From: Balneolaceae bacterium
Lineage (GTDB): Bacteria; Bacteroidota; Rhodothermia; Balneolales; Balneolaceae
NCBI GenBank assembly: GCA_040878765.1
Contig: JBBDLQ010000196.1
Location: forward strand, 32,862-43,482
Length of the DNA: 10,621 nt
Reading direction: 5' to 3'
The notes under the pieces are model-generated. The model saw nothing but the letters and a program-made list of their open reading frames with translations. It was not told the DNA's origin and did no database searches. Numbering within the stretch: the stretch's first letter is position 1; every line of letters begins with the position of its first letter. The position numbers were made by a program, and so were the translations under genes. Shown here piece after piece: positions 1-7,143 of the stretch.

Positions 1-164
1 GCACTACGTTTTTTGGATGTGTCATAAAACCTGTTCAATTTTTTTTTGAACTATAAAATATTGGATCTCAATGATAAACCATCAAATACCCAACAAATCA
101 TATGTTGTTAATCCAAGATAAGATCGCTGTTTTCATGGGTGGAAGGGAAATAATTTAGCCACTG

Positions 165-200
165 CCAAAAATTGATTATGAAGTGAAGTCCAATTTTTGG
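165..200. repeat. Perfect 10-bp inverted repeat CCAAAAATTG-N16-CAATTTTTGG, about 54 nt downstream of the OMP stop codon. It may be a weak AT-rich terminator hairpin or a protein-binding palindrome.
   Basis: Read directly: 165..174 CCAAAAATTG is the exact reverse complement of 191..200 CAATTTTTGG, with a 16-nt loop. The stem is AT-rich and no canonical U-tract follows on either strand. Confidence 0.3.
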
Positions 201-253
201 TAATTCACAATATTGCTGCAAAAATGGTAAAACAATGATGATTTAAGAATGTG

Positions 254-916
254 TTAAAACATATAAGCAACTGATAGACTCAATACTCTATGTTTCATCG
301 TAGTTCCACTATCCCGATAGGCGGATACATTCGCTAATCCTAAAGAATATGAAACTCTGAATTGAATAGAATTAATTTCTATACCAGCCCCGGCATTTAA
401 ACCATAGTCCAGTCTCCTGAGATCATCATCTTCATCATTTCCCCAATTAATATCTTCATTATCGGTTTCAGATTCTCCCATATAGGAAAATTCACTTTCA
501 TATTCTCCTGTTAAACCAATTGCAATATAGGGACCAAAAATACCGAATACTTGTTTGTTCGATATAGTATGAGCCGCTTTTGCATTTAATGGAATATCAA
601 GATATAAGGTTTTAAATAAAATATCAGCTTTAAGTGTTTCCCCAAAAAGTGTTTCTTCCAATGATCCTTTAAATCCCTTTTGTGAAATCAATAACCCGGT
701 TTCAAAGTTCAGATTCTCATTTATTGGATATTCGGCAATAAGTCCAAAATGAAGTCCGGCTTTTGAGTCATAATCATCGCTTAAATTACCATCATCGTCT
801 TCAATAAACATCTCTGATATGTTTAAACCCGCTTTAATACCAAAATTTTGAGCAAGAGCTTCAAATGGTTGAATAATTAAAATTGTCCAGAATAGCACTA
901 TGAGTATAGATTTCAT
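254..916 (-). CDS. Small outer-membrane beta-barrel protein (porin-family / OMP_b-brl_2-like, 220 aa) with a signal peptide.
   Basis: ATG start at 916. The N-terminal signal peptide is MKSILIVLFWTILIIQPFEALAQ. The mature N-terminus NFGIKAGLNIS is typical of Bacteroidota OMP beta-barrel domains. Alternating hydrophobic strands are present, for example GLHFGLIAEY, LNFETGLLIS and YGLNAGAGIEI. The C-terminal beta-signal ends in an aromatic residue (SLSVAYMF). Confidence 0.82.
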   Translation of the reverse strand: MKSILIVLFWTILIIQPFEALAQNFGIKAGLNISEMFIEDDDGNLSDDYDSKAGLHFGLIAEYPINENLNFETGLLISQKGFKGSLEETLFGETLKADILFKTLYLDIPLNAKAAHTISNKQVFGIFGPYIAIGLTGEYESEFSYMGESETDNEDINWGNDEDDDLRRLDYGLNAGAGIEINSIQFRVSYSLGLANVSAYRDSGTTMKHRVLSLSVAYMF

Positions 917-942
917 ATTTCCCCCGAAATTGAATTAATTTA

Positions 943-973
943 CAAATATAGATAAATAAGGGTTAAATGCAAA
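943..973 (-). promoter_or_regulatory. Candidate Bacteroidota-type sigma-A promoter for the OMP gene (-33 TTTG / -7 TAnnTTTG).
   Basis: The minus strand reads CTTTG-CATTTAACCCTTATTTATC-TATATTTG. TTTG lies at 973..970, followed by a 19-nt spacer and TATATTTG at 950..943. This sits 26 nt upstream of the ATG at 916, inside a 121-nt intergenic gap. It matches the published Bacteroides consensus TTTG-N19-21-TAnnTTTG. Confidence 0.45.
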
Positions 974-1037
974 GAAACTTGAGTTACCTATTTCTAAACG
1001 GTATTGATATATGAAAATGGTGCTTTATATTAAAATA

Positions 1038-1853
1038 CTAATTCCCGGTTAACTCATCATACCGTTTCCTCAACATCTGTACATCTTCCCAAGTGGGACG
1101 TTTCCATTGTTGATTCCGGAGCAGGGCAGCAGGGTGATAGGTAGCCATGAGTTCCCGTCCGTGAAAAGAATGAAATTTCTGACGAAGGCTTTTCAGGGTC
1201 GTATCTTCTCCGAGAAGTGTTGTGGCTGAAATTCGTCCCACACAAAGAATAAGTTTGGGGTCAATAATTTCAATTTGTCGAAGGAGATAGGGCAGGCTTC
1301 GCTGCCGTTCTTCAGGTTTCGGATCTCTGTTATTGGGTGGACGGTGTTTCAGAATATTAGCGATGTAAATATCCTCACGTTTGAAGTTGATGGCTTCCAT
1401 AATTTTATCCAACAACTGGCCGGCCTGACCTACAAACGGCTCTCCCTGTTGATCTTCATTGTATCCCGGAGCTTCACCCACAATCATCAAGTCTGCATTT
1501 GGATTGCCAACCCCAAAAACCAAATTTGTTCCATTCAAATCGGTTTTTAACTCTTCAGATATCTCACACAAAGCACGTAATTCTTCCAATGTGTTGCAGT
1601 TGGCGATTTGCTGGGCAGTAGTCAGATTTTTGCTTGTCTTTTCTTCCTCTTTTATAGAATGAGGTTTACTTTCGACTTCTTGATTCTTATTAGAAACCTT
1701 ATCATCTGCCTTCTCCTCATGATTTATCTGCTTTTGTGATTCCGTAGCGACTTCTTCAGCAGTGAATTCCCCGATCGAAAAATCACCATAAATTTCCCTT
1801 TGCTGACGAATAAATATTGAAGCCTTATCTATGAAATTTTTTAAGTCAGACAT
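1038..1853 (-). CDS. Uracil-DNA glycosylase, family 4 (UdgA-like core, 271 aa) with an ~100-aa N-terminal extension.
   Basis: Family-4 motif A is LMIVGEAPGYNEDQQGEPFVGQAGQLLD, with GEAPG encoded at 1464..1478. The KxRPPNNRDP segment reads KHRPP (1335..1349). Motif B is ATYHPAALLRN near the C-terminus. ATG start at 1853. Confidence 0.86.
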   Translation of the reverse strand: MSDLKNFIDKASIFIRQQREIYGDFSIGEFTAEEVATESQKQINHEEKADDKVSNKNQEVESKPHSIKEEEKTSKNLTTAQQIANCNTLEELRALCEISEELKTDLNGTNLVFGVGNPNADLMIVGEAPGYNEDQQGEPFVGQAGQLLDKIMEAINFKREDIYIANILKHRPPNNRDPKPEERQRSLPYLLRQIEIIDPKLILCVGRISATTLLGEDTTLKSLRQKFHSFHGRELMATYHPAALLRNQQWKRPTWEDVQMLRKRYDELTGN

Positions 1854-2102
1854 TCCGTTACATTCTTATAAATTATTGAGCTTATGTGATTGGTAAAGCC
1901 AATATAACAAATGAATAAAAAGAAGACTGCCTTTACCATATTAATTGAATAATTTATTTCCTGGCTTTTAATGAAATGTACTTCAAGTAAGAGTTTAAAT
2001 TGATGGGATAATTATCTGAATTCAATTATTAACCGGTATTGATTTTTTGCATTGGTAATAAATGCTTTTTAGAACTAATCTTAAACAAAAATTTATGGAT
2101 AT

Positions 2103-2621
2103 ATGAGAAAAACTATATTGGTAACGCTCCTGCTTACTTTTACTATTTGGCCGCTGGCAGCACAAGAACCGGATACAATATCTCAGGAAACCACACTTAT
2201 TTTTGTGCGTCACGCTGAAAAGCTGGATGATGGTACTTATAATCCAAGCTTGAGTAAACCAGGGAAAGAGCGTGCTGTGAGATTGGCTAACTTGCTTTTG
2301 AAAGATTATCACATTGCTGCTATTTACAGTACGTCTTATAACCGGGCGCTGGAGACTGCTCAACCATTGGCAGATAGCCTGGAAATTCAAGTATTAACGT
2401 ATGATATGAGTGATCCCAATACCTTGATTGAAAAATTAATTACGGAATTTCGGGGGCAGGAGGTATTGATTGTGGGGCACTCAAATACAACACCTTTGTT
2501 AGTAAATACAACACTTGGAGTAGGAATGTATGAGCAGCTGGATGAAAAGGCTTATGGATATATATTTATAGTTCAGGCCAGCGGATTAGGAAAAGCAGGT
2601 GCCGAACAAATTAGTTATTAA
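2103..2621 (+). CDS. Histidine phosphatase superfamily protein (SixA / phosphoglycerate-mutase-like branch, 172 aa) with a predicted N-terminal signal peptide.
   Basis: The catalytic RH motif sits in LIFVRHAEK (RH encoded at 2208..2213). A conserved Arg is present in STSYNRALETA, and the second catalytic His in LIVGHSNT. The N-terminus MRKTILVTLLLTFTIWPLAAQ looks like a cleavable signal peptide. Confidence 0.8.
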   Translation: MRKTILVTLLLTFTIWPLAAQEPDTISQETTLIFVRHAEKLDDGTYNPSLSKPGKERAVRLANLLLKDYHIAAIYSTSYNRALETAQPLADSLEIQVLTYDMSDPNTLIEKLITEFRGQEVLIVGHSNTTPLLVNTTLGVGMYEQLDEKAYGYIFIVQASGLGKAGAEQISY

Positions 2622-2642
2622 AGCTTCTTATTTATAAATATA

Positions 2643-4739
2643 TCAGGGTAGGGAATAGTATTTACGAATGAACCACTCGGTTCCTAAAAGAAATAAAACC
2701 ACTATAAACCAGTATATATTTTGAACTGGATAGGAATATTTTTCAATAGTTTGGTTTTGCTTTTGTAATACATTTGCGGTATTCAGGGTATCCCACAATG
2801 CTTCTGCATTTTCGAAAGTGAAAAATACTCCACCAGAGTTTTTAGCAACCGATTGTAATAAAGCATCATTACGGGTAGTGTTGGTGAATTCTGAACTGGT
2901 ATTAGATACAAGAAATTCCCCTTTTTGAGATTCAATTTCCCTTGCCCCTTTACGGGCTGTTGCTGTGTATTTATAGAGACCCTCAGAAAGCTGGGGCAGA
3001 TTCAGCCGGTAGTTGCCATTTCCTGAATTTTCCATATTGAATGTGCGGGTTTCCTTGTCTTTACTCTCAATTTGAACTTCGATAATACCTTCTGTTTCCG
3101 GTTCACTCCGTTCATTTTGCAGGCTGCCATTTAAGACTGGAGTTTCGGATGTGCTAAAGCTTTGTTTGACCGGTGCAACCCTTAGCTTGCGATTATCCGG
3201 ATCGCTCGATGTCCATGAAACGAGATTAGATATTAATGTTTCAGCATAGTTTCTGTTTTGCCGATTGGTGCTTTGTATCATTCTGAACCATCCCCAGGGA
3301 ATAACATGTGACCGTCGAATATTACCCTGCTCCATTATGGCAATAACCGGAAAATCAGTTGGTACATTTTCAATATTAATAGAATAAAGCGGGGTAGAAA
3401 GAGGGGCAGATATTTGAGTTCTAAGCGGTGAAAATAGCGGTGGTGCCTCAGATAAATTCACCTCCGGCAGCTCCATTATTGGCTGTTCATTCGAATTTAA
3501 TAACTGGTTTAAGGTTACTTGTGAAATCTGATTAGTTCTTGGATTAATAAGCTGTAAATATTCCAGCTGACTAAATCGATTTCCCTGAATTCTACTTAAT
3601 TCGAAAAATATAGTAGGGGTTTCAGCTAAAGAAGTAAAAATGTTGTTATCGAAATTTGAATTCGGTTTTCCGTGAATAATGATAAGATTGAAATCATTTT
3701 CATTAGGTAATTCCTCGATAAAACGATTTCCGCCAATTGAGGTTAACGTTGTTAGATCATTGTTTTCATCCTGCCTGATGATGGAGCGAATAGCTTTCAC
3801 ATCGGGGTGAATCTCAAAAGCTACATGGAGTATTTTCACCTTACTGTCCAGCACCTCAATTGAGAATAATCTGGAATTATTCAATGGAGTCCACTCGTTG
3901 GGCAAATATTCAGCTCGAATTTCGAATTGCCGGAGGCCTGCTTCCTTTAAATCATGCTCAAACCTGACTTTCTTTACCTGATTGTTAGTCTCAAAAGAAA
4001 CCTGTTGCTCGCTAAGCACTTCATCCTCACTTAGCAAGGCAACATTAATGGCAGTATTAGCAAAACCGGTTTGAGTGATTTCAGCTTCAATAATATGTGT
4101 TGTATTTGTATAACCAGTGGCATTGGTATGCACATTTGAAACGGAAATGTCTTTTACATTAGCAGTATCCCCAATCCCAATAGTATAAAGTGGTATGGAA
4201 GAATTTGATGCTGTTACAGTAGGATTCCGCCCAAAAGTTATAATACCGTCTGTAATTATAATAACAGCCTGAATTTGTTCCTCCATTTCAAGTACCGATA
4301 ATACCGGTGCCGATAAATTAGTTTGTGTTTCGGAGGCGTTTATGGAATCAGGATGAAAATCACGGACTTCTTCTCCAATGGAATAAAACTTAAAATCAAC
4401 GTCATTTACACCTTCAAAGTTGAGTGTATTTATAAGTTGATGGTAGGATGAAAGCCCGTCATAATTACCCTTGGTAATTCCAGTACTTTCCGAATTATCC
4501 AAAAAAACAGCAATCCCCGGATTTTGTTCAAATTCGCGGGAGGAATAGAAATAGGGATTCATCAAAAGCAGTAAAAGCAGGCTAAGAGCAGCGCCTCTCA
4601 ACGAAATTAAAGCCCAACGGCTAATAGCAGGAATGCTGTCAAATTTCCGATAAGAAACCCAGGATAGAACAAAAAGTGCGGCAATAATAATAATAATTAC
4701 AGCAGGTGGCAGAATATGTTGGAAGCCCTGGAAATCCAC
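2643..4739 (-). CDS. Membrane-anchored VWA-domain protein (698 aa). It has a BatA-type N-terminal double-transmembrane anchor, a compact VWA domain with a MIDAS motif, a large beta-rich / GATase1-like middle region and a C-terminal TM anchor.
   Basis: The start is GTG at 4739. It is the first start-like codon after the in-frame TGA at 4770..4772, and the next Met is residue 60, which would delete the anchor. TM1 is about residues 10-28 (PPAVIIIIIAALFVLSWV) and TM2 about residues 41-61 (ALISLRGAALSLLLLLLM). The DxSxS MIDAS motif DNSES is encoded at 4485..4499, and AVIIITDG is the typical VWA beta-strand with Asp. The C-terminal TM is IYWFIVVLFLLGTEWFI, followed by RKYYSLP. The gene lies immediately downstream of MoxR, which is the classical MoxR-VWA pairing. 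Confidence 0.8.
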   Translation of the reverse strand: MDFQGFQHILPPAVIIIIIAALFVLSWVSYRKFDSIPAISRWALISLRGAALSLLLLLLMNPYFYSSREFEQNPGIAVFLDNSESTGITKGNYDGLSSYHQLINTLNFEGVNDVDFKFYSIGEEVRDFHPDSINASETQTNLSAPVLSVLEMEEQIQAVIIITDGIITFGRNPTVTASNSSIPLYTIGIGDTANVKDISVSNVHTNATGYTNTTHIIEAEITQTGFANTAINVALLSEDEVLSEQQVSFETNNQVKKVRFEHDLKEAGLRQFEIRAEYLPNEWTPLNNSRLFSIEVLDSKVKILHVAFEIHPDVKAIRSIIRQDENNDLTTLTSIGGNRFIEELPNENDFNLIIIHGKPNSNFDNNIFTSLAETPTIFFELSRIQGNRFSQLEYLQLINPRTNQISQVTLNQLLNSNEQPIMELPEVNLSEAPPLFSPLRTQISAPLSTPLYSINIENVPTDFPVIAIMEQGNIRRSHVIPWGWFRMIQSTNRQNRNYAETLISNLVSWTSSDPDNRKLRVAPVKQSFSTSETPVLNGSLQNERSEPETEGIIEVQIESKDKETRTFNMENSGNGNYRLNLPQLSEGLYKYTATARKGAREIESQKGEFLVSNTSSEFTNTTRNDALLQSVAKNSGGVFFTFENAEALWDTLNTANVLQKQNQTIEKYSYPVQNIYWFIVVLFLLGTEWFIRKYYSLP

Positions 4740-4759
4740 ATTAATCCCTTTTTGATAGG

Positions 4760-5752
4760 TTAGATCTCTTCAGTAAGCATTTTGATTAGCTTTACTGTGG
4801 TAAATCCTTCGGCCTCGGCTGCATAATTATTCACTATACGATGCCTTAAAACTGGAATTGATAGTGTCTTAACATCCTCTTCCGTTACATGATAACGCCC
4901 TTGTGAAAGTGCGCGGGCTTTGCCGCCCAAAATCAGGTACTGTGAAGCCCTCGGACCAGCTCCCCAACTCATATATTTATTTACAAAATTTGGCGCCATA
5001 TCGGTGCCGGGACGAGTTTTAGAGACTAATTCTACAGCGTAATCTAAAACACTTTCAGGTACGGGAACTTCCCGTACTAATTCCTGAAGTTCCTTGATTT
5101 TATCTTTGTTAACCAACGCTTCAATTTTTACATCCTGGTGAGCGGTGGTTTTACTCACAATTTCTTTTTCTTCTTCCAAAGTGGGGTAATCTACCCAAAC
5201 ATTGAACATAAACCGGTCGAGCTGGGCTTCGGGAAGAGGGTAGGTTCCTTCCTGCTCAATTGGATTCTGGGTTGCAAGTACAAAAAACGGAGTATCCAGA
5301 TCGTAGGTATTGCCACCTGTTGTAACGTGATATTCCTGCATGCCTTCCAAGAGTGCCGCCTGTGTTTTTGGCGGGGTACGGTTGATCTCATCAGCTAATA
5401 CAATATTCGCAAAAACAGGTCCTTTAATGAATGTGAATTCCTTACGGCCAGAGGCTTTATTTTCCTCAATCACTTCGGTACCTGTGATATCGCCGGGCAT
5501 TAAGTCTGGAGTAAATTGAATTCGATTGAATGTGAGATTCAGGGATTCCGCAAGGGTTCGAATTAAAAGAGTTTTTGCAAGTCCTGGAACACCAACAAGC
5601 ACACAATGTCCTTTAGAAAACAGGCTAATCAACAGCAGGTCAATAATTGCATCCTGGCCTATAACAACTTTATGAATTTCCTTTTTAATTTGGTGAAATA
5701 CCTCATAAAACTCATCAGCTAACTTCACCATTTCATGTTCGGTTGTTTTCAT
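4760..5752 (-). CDS. moxR: MoxR-family AAA+ ATPase (AAA_3, 330 aa).
   Basis: Walker A GVPGLAKT is encoded at 5570..5593. Walker B and the MoxR signature read IVLADEINRTPPKTQAALLEGMQE. ATQNPIEQEGTYPLPEAQLDRF is typical of sensor-1 and the Arg finger. Length and layout are typical of MoxR-proper proteins. The ATG at 5752 overlaps the upstream stop (ATGA). Confidence 0.93.
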   Translation of the reverse strand: MKTTEHEMVKLADEFYEVFHQIKKEIHKVVIGQDAIIDLLLISLFSKGHCVLVGVPGLAKTLLIRTLAESLNLTFNRIQFTPDLMPGDITGTEVIEENKASGRKEFTFIKGPVFANIVLADEINRTPPKTQAALLEGMQEYHVTTGGNTYDLDTPFFVLATQNPIEQEGTYPLPEAQLDRFMFNVWVDYPTLEEEKEIVSKTTAHQDVKIEALVNKDKIKELQELVREVPVPESVLDYAVELVSKTRPGTDMAPNFVNKYMSWGAGPRASQYLILGGKARALSQGRYHVTEEDVKTLSIPVLRHRIVNNYAAEAEGFTTVKLIKMLTEEI

Positions 5753-7143
5753 ATTTCATTCTCCGGGCCGGGAATTTCCGTATCAATATTTTTCGGAACA
5801 TCAATTTTGTATTGAATATAGACTTCATCACGTAAGTCCTGCATCCATTTTTGAATTACACGATATTGTTTTTGCTGCAATGCTATGTTTTTGATCCGTT
5901 CATAATCCTGGTCAAGATTTGCTGTATGTTCGGGAATTTGCTCATCGAGACGGACAATTCTATAAGCTTTTTTATTTTGATTTTGCAGAGTGAAGGATTT
6001 GGGTTCCGAGATCACTCCGATTTCATCCATTAACAATACAATTCTATACATAGATGGTTCCAGGCGATTCAATGGAATTAAACGCTCACCAGTTTGAGGG
6101 TCAAATATTTTACCTCCAAGGTTAGACGTGGCCGGGTCTTCACTTAACTTGCGGGCAACATCCGAAAATTTCACTTTAGGATCGGTAAGTATGCTGTCTC
6201 TAATTGTGGTTAATCTATTTATGGCATATTCCTCATCCACATCAGCTGCGTCAATTGAAATTAAAATATGATTGGTTTCAATTCGGTCGCCTACTCTGCG
6301 ATTTAAACGGATAATATGAAAACCAAACTGAGTCTCTACGACTTTCGAAATACCTCCAGGCTTTAAAGCGGCGGCAGCGGCGGAGTATTCTGAGACTAAT
6401 TCATCAAGTCCCATTAGTGGGAGTAACCCGCCATTTTTTCCGGAACCGGGATCATCACTATGCCGTTCAGCTAATTCTTCAATGGATTTGCCATGTACGA
6501 GGATAGAATCACGTAGTTGTTGTGCAAATTCAAAAGCGGCTTTTTTGGCATCTTGTCTTGCAGGCGGCACAATTACAATTTGAGATAATGATACCTGCTC
6601 AGGAATAGTGGGGAGGGAGTCGGTGGGAATCTGCTCGAAGAATTCTCGAACTTCGGGGCGTGTAATTTTAATAGACTGTACCTTTTGTTGCTGTACTTTA
6701 CTTGTAAGCATTTGCTCACGGAAGTCTTCTCTGAAATCTGCTTTTAACTGAATAATTGACTTTCCGAATGCCTGTTCAAGAGCTTGTTCACTTCCTGCCT
6801 GACGAATAAGACCTTGAATTCTTTCATCCATTCTCATACTCACTTCTTCATCGGAAACGGTAATAGAATCTAATTCAGCTTTTTCAAGTAAAACATAATT
6901 ATCGATGGCTGTTTCAAGAAAGTTGTACCAAAGATCTTCACTAAACTCTATCTCTTGGCCAGAAACATTAGCTTGCCGCAAATAATCGGCTACACTTTGA
7001 TCAATTTCCGATTTTAGAATAATATTATCATTTACATGGGCTACAATCTGATCAGCTAACTGTTTTGCTTGCTGAGCCTGAAGGTTAAAAGTAAATAGAG
7101 AGGTTAGAAAAAGAAGGGATAAAAAAATGTTAGTGATTTTCAT
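5749..7143 (-). CDS. surA: SurA-like periplasmic chaperone / peptidyl-prolyl isomerase (464 aa). It has a signal peptide, a SurA_N-like domain and two parvulin domains.
   Basis: The signal peptide is MKITNIFLSLLFLTSLFTFNLQAQQ. The SurA N-domain pattern is IVAHVNDNIILKSEIDQ. Parvulin 1 runs LSQIVIV...GGLLPLMGLDELVSEY...TQFGFHIIRL. Parvulin 2 runs TNHILIS...SNLGGKIFD...KKAYRIVRL. Confidence 0.87.
   Translation of the reverse strand: MKITNIFLSLLFLTSLFTFNLQAQQAKQLADQIVAHVNDNIILKSEIDQSVADYLRQANVSGQEIEFSEDLWYNFLETAIDNYVLLEKAELDSITVSDEEVSMRMDERIQGLIRQAGSEQALEQAFGKSIIQLKADFREDFREQMLTSKVQQQKVQSIKITRPEVREFFEQIPTDSLPTIPEQVSLSQIVIVPPARQDAKKAAFEFAQQLRDSILVHGKSIEELAERHSDDPGSGKNGGLLPLMGLDELVSEYSAAAAALKPGGISKVVETQFGFHIIRLNRRVGDRIETNHILISIDAADVDEEYAINRLTTIRDSILTDPKVKFSDVARKLSEDPATSNLGGKIFDPQTGERLIPLNRLEPSMYRIVLLMDEIGVISEPKSFTLQNQNKKAYRIVRLDEQIPEHTANLDQDYERIKNIALQQKQYRVIQKWMQDLRDEVYIQYKIDVPKNIDTEIPGPENEI

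Noticed and set aside
1-60. A gene end or start may sit at the left edge. Frame +1 is open until the TAA at 25..27, and a minus-strand ATG at 25..23 reads leftward out of the window. A GTTCA-T9-TGAAC mini-hairpin lies at 33..51.
   Set aside because: Only about 8 codons are visible in either direction, and a 5-bp stem around a T-run is not a credible terminator. The question cannot be resolved from this window.
1057-1662. ORFs 1057..1245(-), 1275..1550(+) and 1459..1662(+) lie inside or antisense to the UDG gene.
   Set aside because: They are fully embedded in a CDS with strong family-4 UDG motifs. Their translations are low-complexity with no recognisable motifs, so they are typical shadow ORFs.
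1891-2027. Two 8-bp inverted repeats lie in the UDG/phosphatase divergent intergenic region: TGGTAAAG 1891..1898 with CTTTACCA 1931..1938, and AATTGAAT 1943..1950 with ATTCAATT 2020..2027. These could be operators.
   Set aside because: 8-mers in a 250-nt, very AT-rich spacer are expected by chance. The spacers are long (32 and 69 nt), and no TAnnTTTG box was found nearby to anchor them.
2022-2390. A 122-aa minus-strand ORF overlaps the start of the phosphatase gene.
   Set aside because: It is antisense to a CDS with clear catalytic motifs. Its Cys/Ile/Phe-rich sequence looks like an AT-rich frame artefact.
2670-2683. A GAACC-ACTC-GGTTC hairpin lies just downstream of the phosphatase stop and could be a terminator.
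   Set aside because: It has only a 5-bp stem, no U-tract on either strand, and lies inside the C-terminal TM coding region of the 698-aa gene.
4501-4697. Simple-sequence tracts lie inside CDSs: A7 at 4501..4507, (AAT)5 at 4683..4697 encoding IIIII, and T8 at 8771..8778 in the PPIase gene. These could be phase-variation slippage sites.
   Set aside because: The tracts are short, and the trinucleotide repeat is in frame and simply encodes a TM Ile run. Nothing else about these housekeeping genes suggests contingency loci.
5138-6033. ORFs 5138..5398(+), 5191..5391(-) and 5851..6033(+) lie within moxR and surA.
   Set aside because: They overlap high-confidence CDSs. The sequences include poly-Phe runs produced by antisense reading of Lys/Glu-rich coding sequence.
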